The position numbers and the translations under genes were made by a program. From Octopus sinensis (taxonomy: Eukaryota): a stretch of 64,000 bases of DNA. Shown here in pieces: positions 28,660 through 41,173 of the stretch (positions within the stretch are counted from its first letter, which is position 1; the number at the start of each line of letters is the position of its first letter). A model generated the notes under the pieces. That model searched no databases. It was not told where the DNA came from and saw nothing but the letters and a program-made list of their open reading frames with translations. The stretch is taken from assembly GCF_006345805.1 (NCBI RefSeq), contig NC_042998.1, positions 101,122,001-101,186,000 on the forward strand. Reading direction: 5' to 3'.

Positions 28660-29163
28660 ATGTCCACTGGGAAGTTCATGATAATCCTATTTTTCGACAG
28701 CAAAGGTATCTTCTGTATCCATTGAATTTCCTCTGGTCAGACGATCAACAAAGAGTATTTTATTGAGGTTCTGAGGGAGTTCAGGAAAAGATTTCTCCGA
28801 AAAAGGCCAGTACACCTGTTCCAGGACAATGCACCAATCCACAGTTCTAGCCTGGCAACCAAGTACTTGATAGAGATAAGCATCAAAACTCTCCTTCACC
28901 CTCCCTGCAATCCAGATCTTGCTCCCTCTCGCATTTGGTTGTTCCCCAAGCTGAAGGAAACGATGAAGACTGTGACAAGGGTCCTTGACATCTTCACTTT
29001 AGAGGACTACCATGGGACTCCACGAAGGGGCTGGAGTGCTACAACAATTGAAGAGCATTAAGGTCAGAAGTTCTTACTTTGAAGGAGATTAGAGTTTTGT
29101 GAATCTCTGAAATTAATAAATATGTCTCCTGTAAAAGCCTTAAAACTTCTGGAATGCATCTTG
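28660..29163 (+). mobile_element. mariner transposase 3' fragment with right TIR
   Basis: Motifs GQTINKEYF, FQDNAPIH and HPPCNPDLAPS..WLFPKLK. It ends CTTCTGGAATGCATCTTG|TA. Confidence 0.8.
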
Positions 29164-29354
29164 TATGCAAATATATTGATAATAGCCTCCCAAAATCCAT
29201 GTTACATTCAGATACTCAGGATTACCTTGCAACTCCTTAAGTTGTTAATGCACAGCTTGAGAAATGGCGGAATAAATGTAATATACGAGAAACCCCAGCT
29301 AGTTCAATTTTATATAGTTTTTGTGCGGTTTTTATTGGTGATATTGACATGTGC

Positions 29355-29387
<33 letters not shown>

Positions 29388-29390
<3 letters not shown>

Positions 29391-30601
29391 GGGTTGGACC
29401 AAATAATGGAAACACCTTAAAATTTCAAACAATTTTTTTTTATATGGCGTAGGACCGCCTTTGGCAGTAATTTCAGCTTGAATTCTACGAGGTGTGGACT
29501 CGTATGAAGTTTGGATTGTTTCAAAAGGATTTTTTGTCCATTCTTCAGCTAAAACAGTTTCCAGTTCTTGTAGTGATGATGGTGGAGGATAACGACTCCT
29601 TACTTGTTTTTCTAAAATGCACCATAAATGTTCAATAACGTTGAGATCTGAGGAATGTGGTGACCAAATAAAATGTTCAACTTCACTAGAATGTTCCTCG
29701 CGCCATTCAGCAACAACTTTAGCTGAGTGAATTGGTGCATTATCATCCCGAAAGATTGCGTTTCCCTCCGGAATTCGATCAGATAAAATGCTTAAATAGT
29801 CTTGACTATTATTTCTACCATGAAGGGCCGGCGGATTTCCAAGATATAATAATCCAGATCATCACAGATCCTCCTCCATGTTTAACAGTTGGAAGAATGC
29901 AGTCTCCACAGATATACTCGGCCGGTGGTTGGAAATAAGATATAGGATGACTCGTTCGAGAAAGTAACATTCTCGCACTTTTCTAGAGACCAATTCTGTA
30001 GGCTTTTACTCCACTCTAAACACTTTGCAACGTTGGTTTTTGAAAGTAGTGGTTTTCTGATTGCAGCCCTCCTGTGAAATCCGGCTTTGTGCAGCTCCCG
30101 GCGAACAGTTTTTGTGGAAACTGGGTTCTCGAGGTGGTCATTAAGCTCTGCAGTAATTTTGGGAGCTGTACTTTTGTGATCCTTTCTAACAATTCGTGTA
30201 AGAGTCCAACGGTTTCTATCTGAAAGTTCTGGTTTTCTTCCGGAGTTTTGTTTCAACAAGGAGGTTTTTCCCTCTTTCTCAAAGGCTGTCATTACTTTCG
30301 AGACAGTAACTTCTTGATACACCAAATATTTCGGCTATTTTCGTTACGCTGGCGCCTGCCATACGAGCACCAACAATTTAACTCTTTCAAAGTCCGATAG
30401 ATCTGCCATTTTAATGAATTTTAATTACCTTTTTTCTGATGATATCTGAAAAGAAACAGTAGTTTTAGCAAAGCATACTAAACAACACTAACAATAAATA
30501 AATAAACCCATAAAAATGAACAAGCTTTTGGTAGTTTTATAGATATATTAAAATTATGAAGGTATGATGCTAGGTGTTTCCATTATTTTGTCCAACCCCT
30601 G
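29388..30601 (-). mobile_element. Tc1-family transposon (DD34E type), defective
   Basis: TIRs CAGGGGTTGGACCAAATAATGGAAACACCT / AGGTGTTTCCATTATTTTGTCCAACCCCTG with TA on both sides. The transposase relic runs from the ATG at 30409 to about 29440 (NSGRKPELS, AAIRKPLL, DDNAPIH, SDLNVIEHLW, AKGGPTPY). Confidence 0.93.
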
Positions 30602-30602
30602 T

Positions 30603-30971
30603 ATACCTTGCTGTACGAGTTTAATTCGTTCCATGACCGAGCTCGTCGTGCGATTTACTCGTTTCACAAATAAATTTTCCCCGTTGGAATTAACTGAAGT
30701 ATAATTAATCTCCCAAAACCACCCCAAAATAATTTTTTACGGGTTTTAAAACAGAAAATGTGTAGTTACAAGTAAAATGACAATTATAGAAAAGAGGATG
30801 CAAAAGAAATATGTAAACTGGTTTTATTAACTGAATTACCTTAAAGATGGGACGATTTGTGTGCTCGTACTGCAGATTTCTGCTCGTATTTCAAGACAAA
30901 AATTCATACAAGTCTCAGCTCGTACAGCAAATTACTCGCACAATGGGGCACTCGTACTGCAAGGTTTTACT
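30603..30971. mobile_element. pogo/Tigger-like MITE
   Basis: Ends TACCTTGCTGTACGAG and CTCGTACTGCAAGGTTTTA are inverted, and a CTCGTA motif repeats subterminally. Confidence 0.65.
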
Positions 30972-32094
30972 ATATATATATGTATGTGTGTGTGAGTGTG
31001 TTTGTGTATGTATGTATGTATGTATGTATGTATGTATGTATGTATGTATGTATGTATCCATTGCTTACCCCAGCTAACAGTGTACTTAGCCATCTCATTT
31101 AATGCTGTGAAGTTGCTTGCTTCATTTCATGCGCTAACAACTCGGTGAACGATCTTTGTTCCTTGTGGTTGTCAAAAAATTCTTATTTGAGAATGCAGTG
31201 GAGTTTTTCCGTTGCTGTCCTTCGTATATTTTTCCATTTTTACAAGATATCATCTTATTAGCATAAAGACAAATTCACCACACCTACATAAGGCACACGC
31301 AGCGTAAATAGTTGGGAAAGTATCTTGTAGGACACTCTGATAAATCTTCCTACCTACCGCTATGGACTGGTAATATATTTTATAGATCCTAGAAGGTTGA
31401 AAGATAAAGTTATTCATGGGTTTTGAACACCGTAAAGAACCGGAACAAATATCAGTTCTTTGAATCCGCCGGATAAAACGGTTTACTTAGTCATTTGATC
31501 TCAGTCAACATTGTGAAACAAAGTACTTAGCGATTTTGCCTCATTCCATAGAGTGAGAGGAAATATTTATCTCAACGTTCTGACAGATATAAGATGACAT
31601 TAAAACAATGACATAATGAATCACAAGAAACAAAGAGAAAAAAGAAATAATAGTCAACCGAAAATCAAATATGTAGGGGAAAAAAGAGTTTTGAATATTT
31701 ATTTTGCCATGGGGAATTTGTTGCAGAAAAATCATTCCAGTAAGCTCCTGGCTAGAGATAAAAATCTTGCCATTATTAAGTGGTAAATCAATATATGTAT
31801 GTACGTATGTATGTATGTATGTATGTATGTATGTATGTATGTATGTATGTATGTATGTATGTATGTATGTATGTATGCATGTATGTATGTATGTATGTAT
31901 GTATGCATGTATGTATGTATGTGTGTGTGTGTATGTAAGCATGTATGTAAGCATGTATGCATGTATATAGGTATATAAACACACATAGATATACTACATA
32001 TGTATATATATATATATGTGTGCGCGTGTATATATATATGTATATATATATATTTATATAGTTATATAAGTATATGTGTATATATGTATATGTA

Positions 32095-32129
<35 letters not shown>

Positions 32130-32299
32130 GCATACACATATATGCATACATATATGTGTAGAGTCAACTTACAACGGATGTGACAATAGAGAATCATTCT
32201 ATCTGTGCAAAGAGCGTGATAAACAAATTAAAGCACAAAGAGGCTAGAATGCTTTGGTTTCTCTCCTATGGTTTTTCTCCGATCTAGACCAAAATGTAA

Positions 32300-32834
32300 A
32301 CGGATGGTTATGCAGAGGTCCGAACGAGGTTTCAACGCTCATGCGTACTAAGTTCCCAGTAATTATGATAGATCTGGGAGCCGTCAGTTACGAGGTAGAA
32401 GTCATGCCTCCTAACTTTTTTTTCAAAGCGCTTAAAAGTCAATGCCATTGTCTAGACAGAGGTGTTAGAGAAAGTTGCGAGGCTCTAGATAGACTGTGCA
32501 TGCAGTGAAAGACAGTACGCTTTCCAACAAGACTCTGTGGCGTCTAATAAGGCTAGGGCAACCCAAGCGTTGATGCCTGCCAATCTCCATGATCATGTTC
32601 TCCCAGACACGTGACCTCCTAGCTCACCAGAGCTCAAACCACTGGACTATTACATATGGAGGCTTAGTCGAGAGAGAGGCCAATCAACACCCCCATAACC
32701 TCATAGAATCTCACAAGTTCGCCATAACCGTCACTATGTCTAAAATTGATAAAGGTCATATGATTCGCACACGTCAACGCTTCCGACTACGTATTGAAAC
32801 AGCCATTGATGCCAACGGTGGAGTTATTGAGTAG
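32300..32834 (+). mobile_element. Tc1/mariner transposase C-terminal relic, maT/DD37D-like
   Basis: FQQDS, PPSSPELKPLDYYIW and RLRIETAIDANGGVIE*. Confidence 0.7.
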
Positions 32835-32957
32835 GTGTGATAAAAGGATTCTCAAGGTTATTTCTATCAATTTGTTTTCAAATATAGCTTTTCTTTGATG
32901 AATTACGCATCTTTTCTTAAATTCATACAAATGGCCATAAAAAAGCTGACGCACTGT

Positions 32958-32995
<38 letters not shown>

Positions 32996-33149
32996 ACACA
33001 CCTCTATAAGTATGAATATGATTATAATCTGGTTGAGAGTTGGGATCTTCAGACACAAGTACTAATTCGTTGCATCTTCATGCTCTTCGGGATAAATAGA
33101 ATCGATGGGTCCCGTGTTCCCTTTCGGCACAATTCCCTATTGGAGCTGA

Positions 33150-33430
33150 AAGCTTAGACCTTGCCTCTTTGCAGAGATCATAGATCACTGGCAGTGCGTA
33201 TGTATACAGGCAGTGGGCTGTATTTCTTATAATCTGCACGCCTTCCAAAGAAGATCGGCTCGCTCAGTTTTACTCCCCGTTCTTGTTGTAGACTCATTAG
33301 TGCCCATATAATTTAGAGACATGTCTGAACAAAAGCTAAGGGTTACCTCATTCCCAATGGTCTTACGCAAGCCGGGCATTAACCTAGTGTTTCTATTTCC
33401 TCGCACTATTGATAAATAGACGCTCATCCT
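33150..33430 (-). mobile_element. Possible L1/Tx1-type ORF2 fragment
   Basis: GLRKTIGNEVTLS...YMG...ERADLLWK weakly resembles the post-RT region. Confidence 0.35.
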
Positions 33431-34039
33431 ACTTTAAGTCAATCCGTACTTTTGTGCGGTACTGCTTTTATTCTACTGAGTTTCTAGCAACCCACCTCCC
33501 CAGGTGACCCTCGTGCAAAAGTGGCCGTGAGCAACCTGATATAGATATATACACATTCCCCCACACATACATATATTAAACTTATGCATGCATGCGTTGA
33601 GACATATACTAGTTTGAATCAAATGTTTTTTCGGATTTTCACTGATGATTTTGTTGGCAACTTGTATCTCCATGATATATCATTAATTTGATACAAGTTG
33701 TTGTCCAATCGTTGCTGAATTATTTATTTTTTATTTCCATACATAACGTACAAAAATAATTGTTTATTATTTATTTTGCAGTTTTGATAATAAGTGGGGG
33801 GAAAATTGCAATTCGATCCATCTTAATGCTATCTGTGGAAAAAAGGGAAAAGTTGAAGGGCAGCGACAAAATAATAAAATAAATAAACAATTAAAATGAT
33901 GTAGAAGGCCCATGAACATGTGCACACATCTGGTTTAGACTTCTTAAGAAAAGTGACATTAGCCTTGCAAATAAATCGAGGTCAGAGAGACCTATTGTGG
34001 AAGTGGGGCCTTGATGTGGTTGAATAACAGTCAAGCATA

Positions 34040-34330
34040 AGCACCTGTACATTATCAACCAATAATCAACCTTCTCAAAGCACTATCAATCAATACCTCC
34101 ATAAGCTTGGTCTTGTGAAGTGACGTTGTCGAGAAATCCCCCATGAACTGATCAATGACCGCTTTCAATAACGTGTGAACATTTGCAAACAAACGCTGGA
34201 AAATCTTTGAGATACTCGTTTCTGGTGTTGAATTGTAATTGGTGTTGAAAAATGGATCTATTTTCGTAATTCTGATAAGAGAAACCAGTGGCTTCGTTCC
34301 GGCCAGCTTTCAGAACCTGTTATCAAACAA
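34040..34330 (+). mobile_element. mariner transposase N-terminal relic
   Basis: STINQYLHKLG, IPHEL (cf. WVPHEL) and IVIGVEKWIYF (cf. IVTGDEKWI). Confidence 0.7.
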
Positions 34331-34727
34331 GTTATATGTAACATATTGCCTTGAAAACTATATTTACCAAAGATTATTCTTACAAAAGGGATAGAAAAAT
34401 CCCCTGCTAGAAGCGTTTAAAAGTTAAAAACAGCTTTCACATTTCACCACTCCATAAATATCAGACAATCATAAAGTGCTTAATATTTATAAGAGTTTTT
34501 TAAAAATTTGTACTGTGTTTTAATTCCATTTTAGTAATGCAGTTAAGGTAACTTGCCCTTCAAGACAACTATTAAAAGCAAGCGACGAGTTTCTAACTTT
34601 TTAGTTCTCATCAGCTAAGCATTTTCATTTCAATGAGCAAGGATAAGAAAAGATCAAATATGTATATAAATAGAGGTAAAACAGTGACAATGACTATGTG
34701 TATCAACGATAGGCAAGAGGAGTCCTG

Positions 34728-34729
34728 TA

Positions 34730-34762
<33 letters not shown>

Positions 34763-35235
34763 TGTATGTATGTATGTATGTATGTATGTATGTATGTATA
34801 TATCTAGGTCGTCCCTCAGGATGCCCCAAGACTGTTCCTAAACGTTTTCCCCACTCATCTCGATCATTCATATTGGACTTCAGCTCCTGTACTCCTTCCA
34901 TACCAGTATCCTCCAGCAAGTTGTCGATATAAATCGTCTTCCTCCTTCCTCTCCTGGTTCTTCCTTCCGTTGGTTGCCAGAGCATTAGCTTGCTAGCAAT
35001 TTCATTGATATGCCTGAGGCAGTGTCCAGCTAGCCTCACCCTTCTATGCTGTTTCAGCAATGTTACTTTTGGTAGTCCCTAGTATAAGTCAACGTTTGTT
35101 GCATGACTCTTCCAGGAGACAATGAATGCCATTCTAAGCATCCCCGTATAACATCCGACCAACTGCTTCTTCAATGCTTTAGTGAGTGTCCATGTTCCAG
35201 CCCCGAACAGCAGAACAGACTCCACTCTCTTTGAA
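34728..35235 (-). mobile_element. RTE-clade LINE 3' fragment with (TACA)n tail
   Basis: VESVLLFGAGTWTLTK...MLRMA and RVRLAGHCLRH...GRTRRGR...DRDEW, followed by a microsatellite tail. Confidence 0.85.
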
Positions 35236-35313
35236 TATATATATATATATATTACGGAGATGTACTCGCATAGCAAGTAATTTGATCTGAGATCGTGTGC
35301 TGAAACGAAAACA

Positions 35314-35588
35314 ATTGCAGCGTGGAAGGTGTTTATAGCCATTAAGAACACACAAAAGCCGTTCGATTCACTCCAACATTTAAGTTTAATTTGTCAAAAT
35401 ATTTTTTCCTCGCTAAAATCCGCGACCTGTTCACTGACAAAGCCCGTGCAGCACGGACTTTGTCAGTGAACAGGTCGCGGATTTTAGCGAGGAAAAATAT
35501 ATTTTGACAATTAAACTTAAATGTTGGAGTGAATCGAACGGCTTTTGTGTGTTTCTTAAATGGCTTATAAACACCTTCACGCTGCAAT
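35314..35588. repeat. Near-perfect palindrome, arms about 136 bp, 1-nt centre at 35450
   Basis: ATTGCAGCG...CCCGTGC A GCACGGAC...CGCTGCAAT. The arms differ by only a few substitutions and indels. Confidence 0.95.
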
Positions 35589-35591
35589 GTT

Positions 35592-35622
<31 letters not shown>

Positions 35623-35640
35623 GACCCCCTTCGGTCATGA

Positions 35641-35896
35641 ATGACCATAGGATTGCACCTAGAAAGTTACCCTCCTAGACACAGTCTGGGCAAGGTTGTT
35701 TATGGAAGACCAGCAGTCGCCCATGCATACCAGCCTCCCCTCTCCACGCCACCAGTGTTATCCAAGGGAAAGACAAAGGTCGATACAGCTTGGCACCAGT
35801 GACGTCGCAACTCATTTCTACAGCTGAGTGAACTGGAGCAACGTGAAATAAAGTGCCTTGCTCAAGAACACAACACGCAGCCCGGTCCGAGATTCG

Positions 35897-35897
<1 letters not shown>
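35641..35897 (-). mobile_element. SINE family C copy
   Basis: Minus strand GTGTTGTGTTCTTGAGCAAGGCACTTTATTTCACGTTGCTCCAGTTCACTCAGC is shared with the 28.1 and 54.6 kb copies. Confidence 0.8.
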
Positions 35898-35961
<64 letters not shown>

Positions 35962-36120
35962 TTAATGGGAGATGGATCTCTGGGTCTCATCAAGTATATC
36001 AATATACTACAGACTTTTAATGTCGGCTGACGTATGTCCATCAAGTTAGGGATTAAATCTAACTTGATGGACATATACCAACAATGCAGCGGACAGTGAA
36101 CATCTGTAGTTAGACACATT

Positions 36121-36182
36121 TTTATTGATATGCCTAATGAGACCCAGACTGATGGGTCGGAACATATGTTGTACCCAATAAA
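36121..36182 (+). ncRNA. Type I hammerhead ribozyme relic with two core substitutions
   Basis: CUAAUGA (G5A), helix II GACCCA/UGGGUC, GGAAC (A13G), palindromic helix III ACAUAUGU, GUU site, and helix I of 3 bp plus internal loop plus UUUAUUG/CAAUAAA. Confidence 0.6.
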
Positions 36183-36520
36183 GACTTAATGCCAAATCCA
36201 TCTCCCGTTATTGAATACTGTTACCTTAACTGCTATTGTGGACTTCCTGCAGTAGATCCAACAGAAGTGTACCAGAACTACGGATGACATCAGGTAGCCT
36301 AAACTGTGGCGGTGCTCTACTCAACATATAAACGCACCAATCGAATTATAATTATTTGTCCAAATTATTATATATATATATATATAAATTAAAAAAAAAC
36401 ACCTTTTATCAATTCAATAATGAAAAATTAAATTATACCATCTAGAAAATATAATATATATATATTTCGTTTTTGGATTTGGTTTGCAAGATTCTTTATA
36501 TGAGTTCGTGTGTTGAAGCA

Positions 36521-36932
36521 TATTCTGTTGTGTCTGGGGAGAGTCATTCTCTTTTAGTACCTTATTATTTAACACACTCACCGGTAAAATTTCCGCTTAT
36601 TTCGTCTTTTTATTTTCCTAAAATTTTCGTTGTGTCTTGCAACCTTTTCAATAGTCTTAACTTTCTTCAAATTTTGGTAGTAACTTTAAAGCATGCATTT
36701 CATCTGTATCTAGCTGTATTGCACCGTATATTCCAGAGGTATATTTGTTGTTGTTGATGGTGGTATTGTCTTTTGGTATTGTCTTTCAAGAGTCAAGACT
36801 ATTGAAAAGGTTGCAAGACGCAACGAAAATTTTAGGAAAATAAAAAGACGAAATAAGTGGAAATTTTACCGGTGAGTGTGTTAAATAATAAGGTACTAAA
36901 AGAGAATGACTCTCCCCAGACACAACAGAATA
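36521..36932. repeat. Inverted repeat, arms about 138 bp, spacer 136 bp
   Basis: 36521-36658 is the reverse complement of 36795-36932 with about two mismatches. Confidence 0.93.
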
Positions 36933-36988
<56 letters not shown>

Positions 36989-37089
36989 GTATATATTATA
37001 TTTTGTGAAATTGATTTAGTATTTCTAAATTGAATTTTTCCCTGTAAGTTTGGAATAATATTCCCTCATATTATTATTATTTATTATTA

Positions 37090-37124
<35 letters not shown>

Positions 37125-37154
37125 TTATTTATTATTATTATCATTATTATTATC

Positions 37155-37194
<40 letters not shown>

Positions 37195-37213
37195 TATATA
37201 TATATATATATAT

Positions 37214-37426
37214 ACTCATTTACACTTTTACTTGTTTCAGTCATTTGACTGCAGCCTTGCTGGAGCACCACCTTTAATCGAGCAACTCGACTCCGGGACT
37301 TATTCTTTGTAAGCCCAGTACTTATTCTATCGGTCTCTTTTGCCGAGCCGCTAAGTGACGGGGACATAAACACACCAGCATCGGTTGTCAGAAATGCTAG
37401 GGGGACAAACATAGACACACAAATAC

Positions 37427-37468
<42 letters not shown>

Positions 37469-37671
37469 TATATATTATATATATATATATATACACACAT
37501 ATATACGACGGGCTTCTTTCAGTTTCCGTCTACGAAATCCACTCACAAGGCTTTGTTCGGCCCGAGGCTATAGTAGAAGACACTTGCCTAAGGTGCCACG
37601 CAGTGGGACTGAACCCGGAACCACGTGGTTGGTAAGCAAGCTACTTACCACACAGCCACTCCTGCGCCTAT
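37214..37671 (-). mobile_element. SINE family A, full length
   Basis: Complete head-to-tail match to the other family A copies. Confidence 0.92.
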
Positions 37672-38439
37672 ATTTATACATAGAAACATACAAACGCACA
37701 CACATTCACATACATAGATAAGCTTAGTTACTTTATTTGTCCGACAGTGTAGGGCTCGAATAGAATCGATATTGTCATTCAGGACAATTGAAAACCCAAC
37801 ATCTTCCGATTTTTCAATTTGCTGGCATTTATTTCTGAGTGAGTGTGTGTGTCATATGCATAAGTACATCATTGCATCGTTTGATTTCCTGTTTGTATTT
37901 GAAGTGACTTACAAAAACATTAATCGATCGATAACAATATCAATACACAGATATACACATATATACTGTCATATACACTCAATCAGACATATGTATGTAT
38001 ACGGAGACGGACATACGCATATACACACGCATAAATATTTACACACACACACAGACACATACACATATGAACATTGCATGCATATGTGTGTGTATATTCA
38101 TATGTGTGTGCGTGTGTCTGTACTTATGTGATATATATTCATATGTGTGTATGTGTGGCTGTGCTTATGTGCGTGTATGTATATACGTGTATATATATAT
38201 ATATATCCATTTAAGATTCGCCGACGACTTTTATCGAATGGCAGCAAAGAAGATGATTTGACGGAATCAGACAATTAAATTGACAGAGCTTCATACAAAT
38301 TTAGGATAGCAATCAATGCGCGGGAAAAAAAACAAAACAAAAATAAAAAAAAACACATAGAAAACAAGCAAAAAACAAAAGCACAAACAAAACAAACTGA
38401 TATCAGTTGCTAACGGTGGCATCATAACAGACGTTTCTG

Positions 38440-39050
38440 TACACGGTCAGAAACTGCGTATAGTGTAATAACTCAAATGCCTGGAGCTGTTGTAAATGAT
38501 AGCAGATTAAGACTAAAATTACTTATAAGTATCACATGGATAATGACTAGCTTAAGAAAATTTAAGCTAATATACTGAAATAAGAATATCACTATCAGCA
38601 ACAAAATCAGAGTCTCGTATGCACTTATATTTTCCATATTCTTAATACATTCGGAATATAGACTTTTATGGCAGAATTCAGAGGAACATACAAGCAATGG
38701 AAATTAGATGCTATCGGAGTAGCTTACGAATTTTCTACGTTGACCACACACAGATGATCGGATTCGTGAATCTTCAAGAATTGCACTAGTTTTCGTGAAG
38801 ACTTCAAAACAGTGAAAGAAAAGGAGATACTATGGTGGTATAATAAGATTCTGTGACCTTGCAAAGCCATTCTTTAAAGAACTGTGGAAGTTTAAGAAAG
38901 ACAGTTGGACCATGTAGAAGATGGACTGACAATGTCAAAGAATGGACCAGCAAATTGTCAGTGGGAACCTGAGTTCTGGCATGCAACCAAGACATGGAGA
39001 AAAATGTACAAGATATCACGATGGCACCGTTCGACACCATCGGAACTTGA
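38440..39050 (+). mobile_element. Degenerate RTE LINE 3' fragment
   Basis: NIQAMEIRCYR, KAIL*RTVE and RRWTDNVKEWTSKLS. Confidence 0.7.
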
Positions 39051-39096
39051 GGGCCCAAGATACACTCACACAAACACAAACATATATACTTATGTG

Positions 39097-39128
<32 letters not shown>

Positions 39129-39156
39129 TGTATGTATGTGCACACACACACACATA

Positions 39157-39245
39157 CGAGGGGGTGCTGAAAAGTTCCTGGCTTTAAGGGTATCGGGAAA
39201 GGCCTGGTTGGAAGCGCAACCTTCCGAGTTCTTTTACAGGGCTTA
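39157..39245 (+). mobile_element. mariner-like left terminus fragment
   Basis: TA|CGAGGGGGTGCTGAAAAGTTCCTGGCTT resembles a mariner TIR start. Confidence 0.5.
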
Positions 39246-40314
39246 CAGGATTTATTTTGTAATAAAACTATTTCTGCTTCTACATTTTTTCTCCATTTTT
39301 TTATACTTGTTTTATGGTATATTTTTATACCTATAACAAAACTCCTCAAATACACACACGCACACACACATACACACACACACACATATATATAATGTTG
39401 TATATATATATATATATATACGTGTGTGTGTATGTATGTGCCTGTGTATGTGAGTAACACAATGCAATAAAGGGATCCCCTGATGATTGTTGTGATTCAA
39501 AATCCAGTTGTAATTGGAACAGCCAATGCAGAGGTTTTAACCCATTACAACTACGTGAATACGTAGTGGGGAAGAGACAAACATGTTTCTTGCTGCATCA
39601 TAACCAGTAATACAACACAGTAGTATGCAAACCACGTTAATGAAAACAGACTGGACGATGATAGTCTACACAAAGCTCTAAACTCAACAGTAGCAGTCAT
39701 GCACCAATCTGTACACACAGGATGTACTACATCTATCTGTCTATCTACTCCTCTCTCTCCCCTCTCTCTCCCTCTCTCTCTCACTCTCTCCCTGCCTATC
39801 CATCTATATGTGTGTACATAAGTGTGGTATTTGATATATTTTCTTGTCTTTATATCCACCCACTCTTATAATCATAATGATTTGTGTCAACTTGAGACTT
39901 GTATGTTTGTAAATAATTTCTCTACATCTTTATAAATCTTTGATATTTATTATCATTTCAGCTCTATAATTTATTTTGATTTCTTTTAATACCACACAAA
40001 CCACCAATTTCCACTTGTTCATATTTAGTTATTTTCAGAACTCTTATGTAATGTTTTTTTTTCCCTTTTAAGTTTCATGTTTTTATCAATAGACAGAATA
40101 TTCTATTGAGATTTAATTCATTTTGAATAGTAAATCTTTCTTGTTTTAGCACTGTTTCTTTGTAAAAGGATATTTGCTTTAAAATTTATTTTTTCAAAAT
40201 ACCAACTGTTTTTTTTATAAGAACGCTGTTTTTACATCCTGATTTATTTATCATAAAATAACTTCACATCTTACGTAATTTGTTTCCACTTTTTAAAGGT
40301 TATATAAGATTCTA

Positions 40315-41173
40315 GTGGTCTGATCAATAAATATACGGACTGTTGCCATAGTAACGACGCTAAAGCATACAAAGTAAAGCCACTTAGCACATATTGACCT
40401 TGAACTCTGCTGTGCATGCGCACTAAGTTTTGACGTTCTAGCTCAATTCCGCTGTTTGCCACAGTGCTTGGAAGAAAGGTTTGTAGCGTGTGATCGTCGC
40501 ATTGACCACGACAGAGAAAGTTGAGCAGAGACCCTGCATCAAATTTTGCCAAAAGCTTAGTGATACCTCATCGTTCTCATCACAATCTAGGAGATCTTGT
40601 GCAACTGAGACCCGAGTGTCATTTTGGTCAGCTGAAAGCAGTTTTGGCGCAAACTTGACAGACACGCGTCTCATACCCAAATCTTCAGTGATAATGGACT
40701 GAACTGAACCGTAACTAATTTGCACATGCTCTGATAACTCACGGATGGTGATTCGACGATTTCCTCTCACGGCTACACGCACATCTGCGATGTTTTTCTC
40801 AGTCCTATTGGTTGCGGGTCTCCCAGAACGTTCGTCAATATCGATATATTTTCGGCCATCTTGAAAACGTCTGAACCACTCGCACACTTGTGTGCAGCTC
40901 ATACACTCCTCTTCATATACTTTCTGCAACTTTGCGCTGGCCTCTGAGCAGTTATCACCATGACAACTTTCTCTGTCTTGGTCAATGCGATGATCACACG
41001 CTACACACCTTCCTTCCAAGCACTGCTGTAAACAGCAGAATTGAGCTAGAAAGTTAAAACTTAGTGCGCATACACAGCTGAGTTTAAGGTCAATCTTTCT
41101 CAAGCAGCTTTACTCTATGTGCTTTAGCTTCGTTACTATAGCAACAGTCCGGATACTTATTGATATCACCGCG
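40315..41173 (-). mobile_element. mariner-derived element built from two left ends (long inverted repeats)
   Basis: Minus transposase N-terminus EWFRRFQDGRKYIDIDERSGRP...NRRITIRELSE...FAPKLLS. About 40315-40565 is an inverted second copy of the 5' end. Confidence 0.85.

Noticed and set aside
31541-31760. Hydrophobic minus-strand stretch (FFPYIFDFRLTIISFFSLFLVIHYV) as a candidate TM exon
   Set aside because: No receptor motifs or convincing splice sites. The hydrophobicity is explained by A-rich plus-strand composition.
34584-34614. Minus-strand CUGAUGA-GAACU-AAAA-AGUUA-GAAAC-UC-GUC hammerhead-like string
   Set aside because: The first helix II pair is mismatched, helix III is not palindromic and the helix I flanks do not pair. 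At best a decayed relic.
38473-38697. Hydrophobic minus-strand ORF as a candidate downstream GPCR exon
   Set aside because: It has no TM4-TM7 motifs and is antisense to an RTE LINE relic.
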